Shown piece after piece: positions 25,501 to 38,900 of a DNA stretch of 64,000 nt. The DNA is from Heteronotia binoei (lineage: Eukaryota). Position 1 is the first letter of the stretch, and every line of letters starts with the position of its first letter. Both the position numbers and the translations under genes were made by a program. The notes under the pieces were generated by a model, which was given only the letters and a program-made list of their open reading frames with translations, was not told the origin of the DNA and did no database searches. The DNA is taken from assembly GCF_032191835.1 (NCBI RefSeq), contig NC_083223.1, forward strand, positions 248,620,001-248,684,000, read 5' to 3'.

Positions 25501-28500
25501 CCTCTCCTCTGAACTGCCTGCCAGAGAATGGGAGGATCCAGTTTTTCTGTGTACATTTGATCCATACAAATTCTCCTCTTTAAGAGAGGAGGAAGAAGAA
25601 GACTGCAGATTTATACCCCACCCTTCCCTCTGCATCAAGAGACTCAGAGCAGTTTACAATCTCCTATATCTTCTCCCCCCACAAAGGACACCCCCTGAGG
25701 TGGTGGGGCTGAGAGGGCTTTCACAGCAGCTGCCCTTTCAAGGACAACCCCCGTGATAGCTATGGCTAACCCAGGGCCATTCCAGCAGGTGCAAGTGGAG
25801 GAGCGGGGAATCAAACCTGATTCTCCCAGATAAGAGTCCACGCACTTAACCACTACACCAAACTGGGTCTCCAAGGAACATGGGATGGTTCACATCATAG
25901 TCATGGGGTATGGGTGTTCTGACAAGGAGCTTTAGTTGTGTATACATGCCTTAACTACAGGGTTCTCCTTGTGAGATACTACAAAAGGCTGGCTTGAGAT
26001 GCAGCTGAGGTCTCCAGCTACCTTCATGTACCAATAATAACCTATGCTTTCTCTAAGCTGTGGAGTCTTGTTAGCTAAAATTCTAATTTTGTGAGTTACT
26101 GGCATTAAAGTTGTGAACTACTGCTTAAATTAGTTCGCTCTGGGGCCATTTTTCCTGAGCTAAGAAAAAAATGTGCGAGATGGAGGCTAAAAAATTGTGA
26201 GCTAGCTTACACTAACTCAGCTTAGAGGGAACACTGCCCATACTAATTCCCATTTTTATACTGCGTTCAGTATCCCAAATGCTTCACATGCTATTTTTGG
26301 CCTTAGAACAGTCAGTTTTGCTATACCTATATTACAGCAAGAAGACTGAGGCCAAGAGAGAGTGGCTTGCTTAAGGCTACTTCCCGTGTTCAAGGCAGAG
26401 GTGCAGTTTGGACCAGGAACCTTCTAGATCACAACTCATTCTTTTAGCCACTATGCTGTGCTAGCTCTCCTAGTTATATGCTCCAGTGGGCACTCTACAG
26501 CCATCTATGCACCTTCTGAAGCTGTGCATGCAAAGGAGGCCAGATGCATGGCAGTTACTTCAGTGCCAGTGAAACCCAGAGAGCATCACCAAGGACCAAA
26601 GTTTGAGCTTGCATCCACACCAAAGACCTTGCGCAGCAGCCAGTCTCGTATACTTTACCTGCTGGGTATGTTGGTGGGTCTTTTTTTACAGATCGGCTTT
26701 TGGACTTGAGATGAGGCTGTCTCCCCACTTGCTCCTGTTTTCCTGGGACAAACAGAAGCAGCTGTGAGAGCTTGGCATGGCTACCAATATCCTGTCTGTA
26801 TGGCCAAAGCCACACACACCCCCACCTTCATTCTGCAACCAACCAAAGGGAGAGACCAAAGTCCAGAGAAATGCAAAAGGACCCACCCCGTGTGGGATTA
26901 ATCCCCCCAGAGAAAAACAGTTTGCCCATTGTGAAGGCACGTGCACACACACATGTGTGCATGAAGTTGCCACATTATGCTGAACCATGAAGAAAGTTGG
27001 GCTATATGTGTTTTAATAAATAAACAAATAAAATTAGGCCATTGGTCTATGAAGGTCACTATTGTCTACTCAGATTGGGAGCAGCTCTCTGGGGTCTTTC
27101 ATGTCACCTATGACCTGATCTTTAATTGGAGATGCTGGGGAGTGAAACTGAGACTTTCTGTATGCCAAGCAGATAGTCCACCGCTAAGCCACAATTCCCT
27201 CCTCTACTGTGAAGCTCAGAGGACACAATACAATATAAGTGCAGGCAGAAAATTGCCAAGAGAACTACAACTCATGCTAGCATCGGATCTCCTGTTTCTC
27301 TTCCCACAGAGAAGAAGCAAGGAATATACTGCAAATTAGGAAGAAAATCCAGAAGTACTGTACTCACTAGACGCTTTTTGCTTCTTCCCAGAAAACTCCT
27401 CACCGTATTCTTCATCACCGTCTTGTTCTAGTCTGTGTTTCCCCTTGTACACAGAACCTCCAGCTGCAGATAGAACAGAAAGAGGTCAAGGCGGTCAAGA
27501 CTGCAGGAGGAAACGCATTTGCTGAGACCAGCAGCACAACAGCAAGTTCGCTGGGCTCTTTTCTCCATGGGGCACACTGGAAGCAAGTAAACTCCTAAAG
27601 TCAGCCTACAACTCAGTTGACAATGGGCCTTCTGCATACTACAATACTAAGAGACACATGCTCATCAGCAAGCTCCCCTCACCAAATGTACTCATACCTC
27701 CAAGTAGTAGCAATAGTTGATAAATGGAAGGCCCCTCAGGATAAATACATTTCTTTAGGCAGCAATTCTTTAGGTGTTCTTTAAGAATGCTGACCCAGTC
27801 CAATGGAAAAACTTTCAATATTTGTTTCCTTTGCATGATCTATTTTTTTTTTAAAAAAAACATCCCATGCTTTCTCAAAGTCATTCAGAGCAACATGTGT
27901 GGTTTCTCCCTTCTTGATTTTATCTATATAACAACCCTACAAGGTAAGCTAGGCTGAAGTAAAGTGTCTGGCCCAATTTATCTAAGTGATCTTCATGGCC
28001 TTGACTGACTTAATAAAATAAGATCGGATCATAAACTTACAAATGAAAATTTTATTATCCAAGCACATTACCTCATACTCGGACTCATTAAATCTTCCAG
28101 ATGCCTGAACACTATAGGTCAAAAGAGTGTCAGAGTATTTTCAATCTTAAGTTGTGAAAACTTATGCTGATGAACTCCATCTCAGTGAATATTTGGAAGT
28201 TCTTGTACGCTTAAATAAAGGTCTCAAAGAAATGAAAACTGTCTGACATTCTAAAAAAAGAGATCAAATCACACTTTAATTCTAACTGGATGCAGCCGAA
28301 ACCCATTGTTGTAATAAATGAAGTACCTTTCCAATCTTAGGAGCACATGATACCCCAAAGCCCTCCCCCAGTACCTTTCTTCTCCATAACTTTGTTTGGG
28401 GTGGGCTTTATTCCCCTCATCTCCAGCCAGTAAGTTGGCCTGCGGATGGCTCCATTGCTTCCAGATTCTGGGTTTTCATTGCCAAGCCCTTTGGAAGAGG

Positions 28501-29703
28501 CTGACGAAGAATCATTTGAAGTCTCGTCATATTTGTTTTCAGAACTCCGCAAACCTCTGCTGAACCCCTCTGGCTCCTTGGCCCTGAAAAGAGAAGATAT
28601 TTACAAAACATTGTCCCTGCCCAAGCAGGGCTGCTGGACATCCTGGAACTTCCAACAGTCAGAATGGTAGTCGGGGGGTTTAAGGGCTACTTTCTGACAA
28701 GAGGACAGGGAGATTTTTTTTTCTTCCTGTCCCATAATATTAGAACTTAGGGCACATAAGGAAGCAATGAGTAATATATACAGTGTGGACAAATGGAAAC
28801 CCTTTACTCAACAAGTAGTGGAATTCACTGCCAGAGGAAATGTCTTCAAAAGGGAATCAGACAGATTAATAGAGAAGAGATTCATCAGTGATTACTAGCC
28901 ACAGTAACTGAAGGTAACCTCTAAATGCCAGCGCTTGGAGGTAACATGGGGGGACGGCAAATGGCTTTGGACTCTATACCCTGTGTGAAACAGGATGCCG
29001 GACTTGATAGACCACTAGCCTGATTCAGCTGTGCTTAGGCACCTCACAGTCCCTGGACTTAATAGACCACTGGCCTGATTCAGCAAGGTTCAGGCACCTC
29101 ACAGTAAGCTGGGTTAGCGTGAGCTAGCTCACAGATTTTTAGCCTCCAGCTCACACATTTTTGTCTTAGCTCAGGAAGGATGGTCCCAGAGCACATTAAT
29201 TTATGCAGTAGCTCACAACTTTAATGCCAGTAACTCACAAAGTAGAATTTTTGCTCACAAGACTCTGCAGCTTAGAGGAAACATTGCTCACAGTCCTCAC
29301 ACCCTCTCACTTTCTCACAGAGATCAAACACTGCAGGCAACTAGAACCAGGGGGCTCTGAACAAAGCTCACCTTCGGGTTCCCGGTGCTCGCTTGCCTCT
29401 ATGTGGTCTGCAGCGGGACTCAGGTCCGGGACCCTAGCGCCGAGGAACAAACAGAAGAGGAATAAGATGCGCCAGGGAGGTGGGGGGCAGATGCTCAGTC
29501 AGCCTCCTGCAGTCCCCTCGCTTTACTGGCACGGAGGCCGCGTCGCTCGCTCGCTTGCTCCAAGAGAGGGAGGCCCCAGACCCCTCGGTGAGTTCCCACA
29601 CCAGGACATTCAGGCAGAGCCTTTCCGGCCCTCGAACACAACCCCGCCCCATTATCTGGGTTCCCCCTCTCACCAAAGCACTGCCGCCCCCCTGGCCCCG
29701 CAT
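19548..29703 (-). CDS. ZNF512: Zinc finger protein 512, 14 coding exons, 565 aa
   Basis: Exons 29703-29674, 29433-29372, 28583-28375, 27463-27368, 26742-26659, 25517-25393, 24963-24877, 24026-23928, 23593-23426, 23146-22952, 21700-21599, 21171-21109, 20843-20745, 19826-19548. All introns are GT-AG and in phase (1698 nt). Peptides [82 protein letters not shown] and C-terminal HKRGRK match ZNF512. Confidence 0.97.
22125..22690 (+). mobile_element. CR1 LINE 3' fragment (ORF2 C-terminus and 3' UTR)
   Basis: [32 protein letters not shown]; cttatgttcttatg tail. Lies in ZNF512 intron 10. Confidence 0.9.
24176..24448 (+). mobile_element. Squam3-like SINE
   Basis: ggactcttatctgggagaaccgggtttgattccccactcctccac...gggcgggatataaatc. 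Inserted in a 5S-SINE remnant in ZNF512 intron 7. Confidence 0.85.
25585..25870 (-). mobile_element. Squam3-like SINE
   Basis: Reverse-complement full-length copy in ZNF512 intron 5, with a (ttc)n tail. Confidence 0.85.
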
Positions 29704-29952
29704 GCTTGACAGCGTCCTCCGATGCCGTCGTCATCATCCCTAGAGTGAGCCAAAACCTAGACTTCCGGTCAAAACCGAAAGCGGCTATTGGCCTCAGTGC
29801 TCTCTGACGTCGCTCTATCTCTCAGCATCTCTATGGCGAAATTCTTTCCCCGCCCCTTCTGAAACCGGAAGTGCCCGTAACACTTTATAGAAATGACTAC
29901 GAAAGCGTTTCCTCTCTATGCTCCTGGAAGCGAGCCAATAAATGGTGGCAAA
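29704..29952. promoter_or_regulatory. Bidirectional CpG-island promoter shared by ZNF512 and GPN1
   Basis: 249 bp between the divergent ATGs. ETS motifs acttccgg (29761) and ccggaagtg (29865), CRE-like tgacgtcg (29805), CCAAT on both strands (29787, 29935), YY1-like aaaatggccg overlapping the GPN1 ATG. Confidence 0.85.
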
Positions 29953-32900
29953 ATGGCCGAGGCGGGAGCGGGGGTTCGTTCGCCAGTGTGCATCCTGGTG
30001 TTGGGCATGGCCGGCTCCGGCAAGACTGCACTCGTGCAGGTGAGAAGTCGGGTCTTCGCGCACCCAGGAGACGTGGGGAGCCCATGCAGTGTTCAGCCCT
30101 CTTCTGTGGCGCTAGGCTGGGTGGAGGAGGGGGTCTTTCTAGCATGCGTCTGTTTACGAATAACCCACGAAGAGTCCAAGATGTGCACGTCCATAGCTAA
30201 ATACGTAAGCATAGATTCGAGTCCAATACTGCCTTTGAGACCAACAAAATTTTCGGGGTGTAAGCTTTCGAGACTCCTTCGTCAGATATTTCCAAATGAT
30301 TAACAGAACTGCAGCTCATCGTAGCGCCCACTCTAGCTGCTGCCCCTGTATTGACTGACTATGGGGAACTTCCCAAAGCCTCCCCTACTCTCCCTTCTAA
30401 TGTCTTATCACCTTTATGTCAAACCCCAAAAGACCAGTTAGCTTTAGCAGCCTTTTTTTCCACTACAGGTAACTTTGGCTATCCTGTGGCTGCTTGGGAA
30501 TTTCACCTCCACAGCCACCGTTTTCCTTCATAAACAATGATGCTTAAACAAGACTGCAAAGTCTGGAGGCACTGCGGGAAGGAAAAACAGAAGAGCTTCT
30601 GGCAGTAGCTTTATGTTATTGAACTCTAGGTGGTGGGTGGACTTCTGCTCACTGAGTGAAAATCTGGCACTCAAATGTTTACTAAAAGCTTCCTAATAGC
30701 TAAAAAACCCCACAACCTTGCATAGTTCAGCCATGGGGAGAAGCTAAATTTGGCATTTTGGAAGACAGGGCTTATAAAGGAGGATGGTCTTCTAAAAAAG
30801 AAAACTGCTGACTAGTCTGCCATCTGTATGAGTAAATAGAAATCCTTCTCTGTTTGCCTTTATGTTTACTTTTTCATGCATTTCCTGTTACTCTTCCACA
30901 CATCCAGAAACATTTGAGGGAAGGCAGTGTATGAAAGTCAGTGAGTGGTAGGGTTGAGTCCCTATCCTGTGAGGATCCCTCGGTGATGGTTTTTGGTTGA
31001 GATTATAGGGCTTTGTTTGCCAGACATCTTCTCCCTTCTAGCTGATGTGTGCTTGCTTCCTCACAGAGGCTGACTGCCTACCTGCACAGCAAGAAGTCCC
31101 CTCCGTATGTCATCAACTTGGACCCCGCAGTCCATGAGCTCCCTTTCCCAGCAAATATTGGTGAGTTCCATTTTCCAGAAAGTGTTAGCAAGAATAAATG
31201 TGTTGCTGCAGCAGATATTAGTTTGTTAGGATAGTGCAATTGACTGTCAAGATTCATGGTGTTTCATTCAAATGTTAAGGGTGAGTTGGAAGAATATTGT
31301 TATGCCTCTTCAAGACAAAAAAATTACAAGAATATCAGGATTGACTGTAATGGGATTGAACAAGCAACACTACAATTATCACTAATATATATGCATGTTC
31401 TGATTGGGATTGGTGACTTGGCTCAATGTATGATGGGAAACATACACTTAGGTACTCCACCAATACAATACAGCATCATTTCACTACATCAAGAGTAAAT
31501 AAGGGTTTCTGAATTCTCAACCAGTGTGATGTCATAGAGTGTTGGATTAGGATCAGGGATGGTGTGACAAAACTGTGGCTCGGGAGCCACATATGACTCT
31601 TTCACACATATTGTGTGGCTCTCAAAGCCCCCACCACCCCTTTGGCCAGCTTGGAGAAGGCATTTGTCTCTTTAGATCAGTTCGCCAAGCCAGCTGACAG
31701 CTTGGAGAGTGCATTTAAAGTTAAAGTTGATTTCTTTCCACTTCTCCCTCTTTCCTCACCCATCTCCTTCCCTCCCTCTTTCAACTCTCAAACAGCTGCC
31801 GTTTATTCTATATGGATCTTAAATTAATCAAGTTTGGCCACCCCTGATCTGGGAAATTCAGGTTCAGAACCCCATTCTGCCATGGAGGCTCTCTGGGTAA
31901 CAAATCTAGGAGTAATTGAAAGTCTATAAGTGCTATTATTACCATTCTGTTTGAGGGATGTGGGCTGGTAATTTAAAAGGGAGGACTTTAAAACTTGGCT
32001 GGGAATAAATCTCTGTGACTTTGGTGGTGCCATCACCTCTATTGTGATAGTTGCTGCCCTCTTACTGAGAGGAGAGCTGCCTTTCCAGTTTTAACTGATA
32101 ACAGCAGATATAAGAAGCACCTCATTTTTAAATGTAGTCACCTGAAATCACTAGAATTAGGATTTCCAATGCAAGTGAGAGAAATCCCTAAAGTAGAACA
32201 AGACCTTTGAGTTGTCCTGTGTGAGGCAGCAGAAAAAGACTGATATGTCCACATCAGATACTTTATGAAGAACATGAATGGTAGTCAGAAAGACTGCTGT
32301 TTGAGAGTTTAAGGGCTTAGATTTATTCAGAGCGGGTTTGTGCTTGGGTATTTGACCAATTATAACAAACAGTAAAAAAAACCTCCAAAAAAAAGTATCC
32401 GCCCAGTATCCTTTATTAGAAAAAGACAGGTATCAGAACTAGAACTCCAAGCCTTCCTTTCCACAGAGCACTGCTGTAACTATACTGCACAGTAGGGTTG
32501 CCAGGCTACTTTAGCGGTGGGTCCAGAGATGGAGATGATGTCACGTGATGTCTTGTTCCACTGAAAACTCAGATGTGAAAGTGTCTTCTACTGATCCACA
32601 CCCTTGGTCCATCAAAGTCAGTGCTGTCTCCTCAGATTAGCAGCAGCTCTTCAGCGTCTCAGGCACAGGTTTTTGACATTGCTTACTGCCAGATGTTTAA
32701 ACTGTAAGTGATGGGGACTGAGCCTAGGACCTTCTGCATGCCAAGCAGATGCTCTGCCACTGAGTCACAGTGCCTTTTCCATATATACTGTGGGGTGGTG
32801 TAACAGTCAGGGTGATCAATGTGTGGACCAGTAGCTTTGTTCATAAGTTTGTCTAGCTCATACATACCCCAAGATACTTTTTATTCTGCTCGGGCATCTT

Positions 32901-35900
32901 ATCCCTTCTAGCCACACCTCCCACATGTGCTGTTTGTTGCTAGCTAGCATCTTCAGAATATTTGTCTGGTCTTATAGTTAGTGTGGTTGAGAAATGTGTG
33001 TTTGTACATGCATGTTTAGTAGATTTACTAAACATTTGGCTGTGGGTTTTTTGTAAGTTTAGTTGACATAAAGCCTGCCAGGCAGTATTTGGGGGTGGAG
33101 GTGCAGGTGCAACATAGAATGGGAAGCAGTGGTGGAAGAATGGGGAAACAGCAAGCAGGAAGAGGGGAATGGGTTTCTTATTCAGGAGTGCCAAGGGAGC
33201 CAGGGAGTGAAATGCTGCCTCCAAAATAGTCTTCTTTTGTGATGAGACAAATGAGCTCTATGAACAACTTTTTGGAGGTCCTGAGCCAGGCTATTTTGTG
33301 ATGTTTGTGGAGATGGCTGTATTAGCTTCCAAAACTGCCTGATCAGAAGAGATCACTGTAATCTGTCCTTCTGTTTTTTCCCCTAGACATTCGAGACACT
33401 GTGAAGTACAAAGAAGTTATGAAGCAGTATCCTTGCCTTATCTTTAGGTCTGCAGGAGCTACTAGTGGCCATCTGGGAAAGACTGGGGGGGGGGGGGCGG
33501 GATGACTGTTGTGACTGGATCCAGCTAGGCATGATGGAATGGACTTTAGCAAGCTAAATTAATTTGGCTCAGGCTTTTGCTGTTCTAGAAGACCCTAGAG
33601 CACCACTTTGAGTGGTAGGAGAAGGGAGGCTGCTTGTCTGCCTCGCAGTTTCTGATAATAAACTTGGGCCTGCTGATACCTCGATAATATCTGTTTGGAA
33701 GCCAGAGTGTTATCAAGATACCATTCAAAATGGAGATTTGCAGTCAAGCTGTTTAGTCCAGTGCCTGGTTAACCTTTGCCAGCTGCGCCAAGGAAAGGAG
33801 GCCAGAGCAGCACTGGGGGCAGATTGTGTGTTTTCCTCATGTAGGAGTTTCTTAATTGCCAGAGTTCTTCATGGTGCCTCCTCCCTAGCCTAGAATGTTT
33901 CTGAGCTTTCTGGCCTTCCAGACAATTTTTAGGGTCAGCCTGGGCTTTCCCTAATTAGAGAAGGAGAGCTGGGTGGGTTGTACAGTGCAGTGAATTTGCT
34001 TATTTAGGGAAAAAATGCCATCTCTCAAGAAAGAATACCATCTCCCAAGTAAGCTTACAAAATATTTTTATAATAAGGCTGTGGATATGATGTGTATACG
34101 TTACTCACAGACTTTTTTAAGCTTAGAGTTTTGATTCATCAGCAATTCCTGCAAATTAATTGCATATGGCTGTTCGTAGAAAGCCTTTAAGTTCTTCCAT
34201 ATACAAACGGGTGGGGTGTCTAAAATTTCTAAATGGATGTTTGGAACTCCATACCTTACGTGCCTGGATATTTTAGGTGAGCAGGTCCTGCTCTAGAAAG
34301 AAACAGCAGCTAGATTTTGTTGACCTTTAACTTCCTGTCCCTCAGAAGAAGTGTGGTTGAACCAAAACTGATTATGCTCTCCCTGGTCCCAAAATGTTTG
34401 AAGTGAGTTTTCCTGAACACACTGCAGATATGGATTGGGCCCAAACGGTGGCATCGTGACATCCCTCAATCTTTTTGCTACAAGATTTGATCAGGTATGT
34501 TGAGGGGTTTTATTCACATGCTGACGTCACAATATGGTGGGTGAATTTGTAGAAGCTTAATATTCCATCCTGGTTGATCAACCCCCATCCAATGATGGGC
34601 CCTTAACATTCTGGATCAATTAATTGCTAAGGCTCACAGCAACTTAAATTGTAAATAACTGAAAGTACAAAGTAGGTTGAAATAAATCTATACTGCTGTG
34701 TATCTCTGACATTATGAAAATTACTGCTGTTTAAATTCCAGCTGTATTTTATTCTGGCTGTTACTGATTTTTTTTGTTCATTTCATCATATGTTTGTGTG
34801 TTAAGCCACTTTGATCATAATTTGTGGAGGACTGGTTCAGAAATTAAGATTCTGCAGAAACTCTTGGTTGATTCTTTTCTTTCTAACCAGGTGATGAAGT
34901 TTATTGAAAAGCGACAGAATGCATCTCAGTAAGTAAACAAGAGACTCCGGCATGACATTGGTAGATGGGAATGCTAAAGTGGGGAGGGGGGGGAATGCCG
35001 TCTTGTGTTAAGTAGAGATACCGAAAATGGATGAACTTGCATCATCCCTTTCACACTTGGGAATCTTACCCTACTGATGAGGCATGGGAGGATAACAAAT
35101 AACCTGTCTGAAGCAAATTCCCAAGGAACCTTCAGTTTTTCCTCACTATCTCTGTCTGGTCAGTTTTGGGCAGGAATAAGGGAAATTATTGTTGTTCTTG
35201 ATTCTCTACAATAAGCTTTCTGCTAGGTAGTTTGTCACCTACTGCTAAGTGCATCCCCTAGAAAACCCAAGAAGAGATTGCAATAAGATCCGCTCTAGGC
35301 TTGCTTTAGAATGTTGTGGTTTGTTGTTGTTTTTTTAAAAAACCCTTTTATTTCATATGGTTTTTCTGTATGCTGCTTAGCTGATAGCTTCATTTCTGGT
35401 CCATGTTCTGTAGCACAGGATATTTTTCATTACTCAAAAGGAGCTCTCAACAAATAACAGGCATGTAGGTGGGTCCCTGTTCTACAGATAGCGACCATGG
35501 GTTTAGAGTTCCCCCCAGTGCTTGTGGCTTATTATTTTTGTTAATTCCAACTTTATTAAGAAAATGCAATCATACAATATCCATTAACAATTAGTGGTAG
35601 TAGAGAAGCAATAAACATAAAACTATTCCCCAGTAGTTGGACAAAAACACAATGTTGAGTTGGTCCATTTTTACCATTTATACAAAAGGAAAAAAGGGGG
35701 GGAAGAAAAGGGGGGGAAGGAAGGCAATTTTATAATAACACTCAATAGATAGAATAAATTGCTTCTAATAGAGTACTATATTCTTCTTTATTGGCTAAAT
35801 GTTCAAGAAAAGAAAACCAGATAGCCACAAATTTTGAGTCATATTGGTCTGAATCTTAATATGTTAATGAGTCAGTTATTTATCTAAAATATATAGCTCT

Positions 35901-38900
35901 TGGTCAGTGTTCCTTCTAAGCTGTAGAGTCTTGTGAGCCAAAAATCTGCTTTGTGAGCTACTGGTATTAAAGTTGTGAACAACTGGCATTAATATTGTGA
36001 GCTGCTGCATAAATTATTGTGCTCTGGAGTCATCCTTCCTGAGCTATGACAAAAATGTGTGAGCTGGGGGCTAAAAATCTGTGAGCTGTGGTACCATGGT
36101 ATTTGAAATTTGCCTAGGTATTCTAAGTGATTTGTGCAGAAAAACTAATTCTTTTTCTTGCAGGTATGTCCTGATTGACACACCTGGACAGATTGAGGTG
36201 TTCACCTGGTCAGCCTCAGGCACCATCATCACTGAAGCCCTGGTTAGTGTGTGATATTCAGCTTGAATTAGGAGAAAAAAGGTAGGGAGGAGAAGTGTAG
36301 ATCTGTCTCACTTATTGTATGAATGCCCCATCTAGGCATCGTCGTTCCCATGCTTGGTGGTTTACGTGATGGACACTTCTCGCAGCACCAGTCCTGTTAC
36401 TTTCATGTCCAACATGCTGTATGCTTGCAGGTAAGAGGTGTGTCTGGTCCATTTGGCTTATATAAAGGAATGAAGGGGAGGGCCGTCCAGCCTGTTTGGA
36501 TTAGAGTTCTAAAAGGTACCAGTTCTCTAACCATTCTGCTGCTGCTAAATGTTTATTGTGCTCTGCAGCTGTTGTTCCATGGTCATGTTTGACTGGTAAT
36601 GGTCAATTCAGCATTGGCACTTGGAATATGGGGCATTTTCCTCAGACACTAGATTGCATCTGCCATTTTGGGGTTGCAACCAGCATGCCAAAACCCAAAG
36701 GCCAGTTCAGTGGTCTTCAGTCTCCATGATTCTTTCTAGGATCATGAGAAAAAGGGAATGATATGGAAATTTCTTATAGTGTCAGCAGCGTATTTACCCG
36801 AGTTCCTGTAGATCTTTGTCCCAGCAAATTATTCCATTTGTTTTTTTAAAACAGGTCCCCAACCCCCGGGCCACAGACCAGTACTGGTCCGTGGCCTGTT
36901 AGCAACCAGGCCGTGAATTGTATAATTATTTAATTATATATTATAATCTACCAATAGAAATAAAGTGCACAGTTGTATCATCCCAAAACCATCACCCTCC
37001 CCCAGTCTGTGGAAAAATTGTCTTCCATAAACCCGGTCCCTGGTGCCAAAAAGGTTGGGGACCACTGCTTTAAAACATTTCTGTGCCACCTTTGCAGCCA
37101 ACTCAGGTTCCCCAATGTGGTGAACATTAAAATATTTAAATCAATGTGTAAAGTACAAATATATACAATATATTTAAAACAGTTAAATAAAACATGTAAG
37201 TGCATATCAAACACAAACAGGGAGGAGGACCAGGAAAGGCTTAATGAGGGGGCGCCGCACAAAATAAAGAAGTCTTCACTTGTTAGTGGAAGACAATGAT
37301 AGAGGGAGACAAACAGATGTCCCTAGGGAGGGACCTCCAGAGTTTTGATGCCATAACTGAGAAGGTCCTTTCTTGGATTGCCATTCACCTAGCCCCAGGT
37401 GGCAGGGGCACCTGGAGCAAGGCCTCCAAAGATGGTTGGGAGTGGTCAGGCAGATTCCTATGGAAGTGGGTAGTCTTTCAAGTATGCTGGCCTCAAGCCC
37501 TGTAAAGCTTTAAAGGTTGATACCAAGACCCTGAATTGAGCCCAGAAGTAAATTGGGAGCCAGTGGAGATGGGAAAAGACTGAAGTAATATCCATTCTGG
37601 CCACATTTTCTACCAACTGTAGCTTACAGATAGTCTTTGAAGGCAGCCCCACAGAGAGTGCAATACAGTAATCTAATCCAGCATGCAACCCAGTGGCAAG
37701 ATCTTTCCTGCTCAAGAAGGGCCGCCTTTTTATCTAGCTGGAGGCCCGGGTCCAGCAGCACCCCCAGACTAAAAACCCTTTCCTTTGGGGAAGTACGACC
37801 ATCCAGTACAGGAGATGTCCCAATTCCTGGGTCTAGCCCTCCCCCCCCATCAGCAGCACCTCTGGTTTGTTGAGATTAAATTTCAGTTTGCTGGCTCTCA
37901 TCCATTCCAAAACTGCCTCCAGGCACCCGACTTCTGTGGGATCTGCTGGAGCAAAATAGGCCTGAGCGTCATCCACATATTGGTTACAGCTCAGCTCAGG
38001 TCTCCAGATGTCCTCTTACAGCAAGTTGACATAGAGGATAAAGAAGTTGGAACCTTGTGGGACACCAGAGGCCAAGGGTCTAAGCAATGATCACTCAACA
38101 CCACACTGTGAAACCTACCTTTGGGGTAGGACTGGAGCCACAGCAAAATGGTGTCTCCCAGTCCCAGCTACAGAAGATGGTAGAAACCATTATCAAGGAC
38201 AGAATGAGTAGGCACATTGATGAACACGGGTTATTGAGGAAGACTCAGCATGGGTTCTGCAAGGGAAGATCTTGCCTCACTAACCTGTTACATTTCTTTG
38301 AGGGGGTGAACAAACATGTGGACAAAGGAGACCCGATAGATGTTGTTTACCTTGACTTCCAGAAAGCTTTTGATAAAGTTCCTCATCAAAGGCTCCTTAG
38401 AAAGCTTGAGAGTCTTGGAGTAAAAGGACAGGTCCTCTTGTGGATCAAAAACTGGCTGAGTAATAGGAAGCAGAGAGTGAGTATAAATGGGCAGTCTTCG
38501 CAGTGGAGGACGGTAAGCAGTGGGGTGCCGCAGGGCTCGGTACTGGGTCCCATCCTCTTTAACTTGTTCATAAATGATTTAGAGTTGGGAGTGAGCAGTG
38601 AAGTGGCCAAATTTGCGGATGACACTAAATTGTTCAGGGTGGTGAGAACCAGAGAGGATTGTGAGAAACTCCAAAGGGATCTGTTGAGGCTGGGTGAGTG
38701 GGCGTCAACGTGGCAGATGCGGTTCAATGTGGCCAAGTGCAAAGTAATGCACATTGGGGCCAAGAATCCCAGCTACAAATACAAGTTGATGGGGTGTGAA
38801 CTGGCAGAGACAGACCAAGAGAGAGATCTTGGGGTCATGGTAGATAATTCACTGAAAATGTCAAGACAGTGTGCGTTTGCAATAAAAAAGGCCAACGCCA

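Noticed and set aside
28165-28246. C/D-box snoRNA-like TGATGA...CTGA spacing
   Set aside because: Antisense to the host intron with no convincing terminal stem. Similar motif pairs in GPN1 introns (33239, 35075) are too close together.
38087-38160. N-terminus of the 446-aa ORF as a real start
   Set aside because: It comes from the flanking antisense L2 sequence; the CR1 is 5'-truncated.
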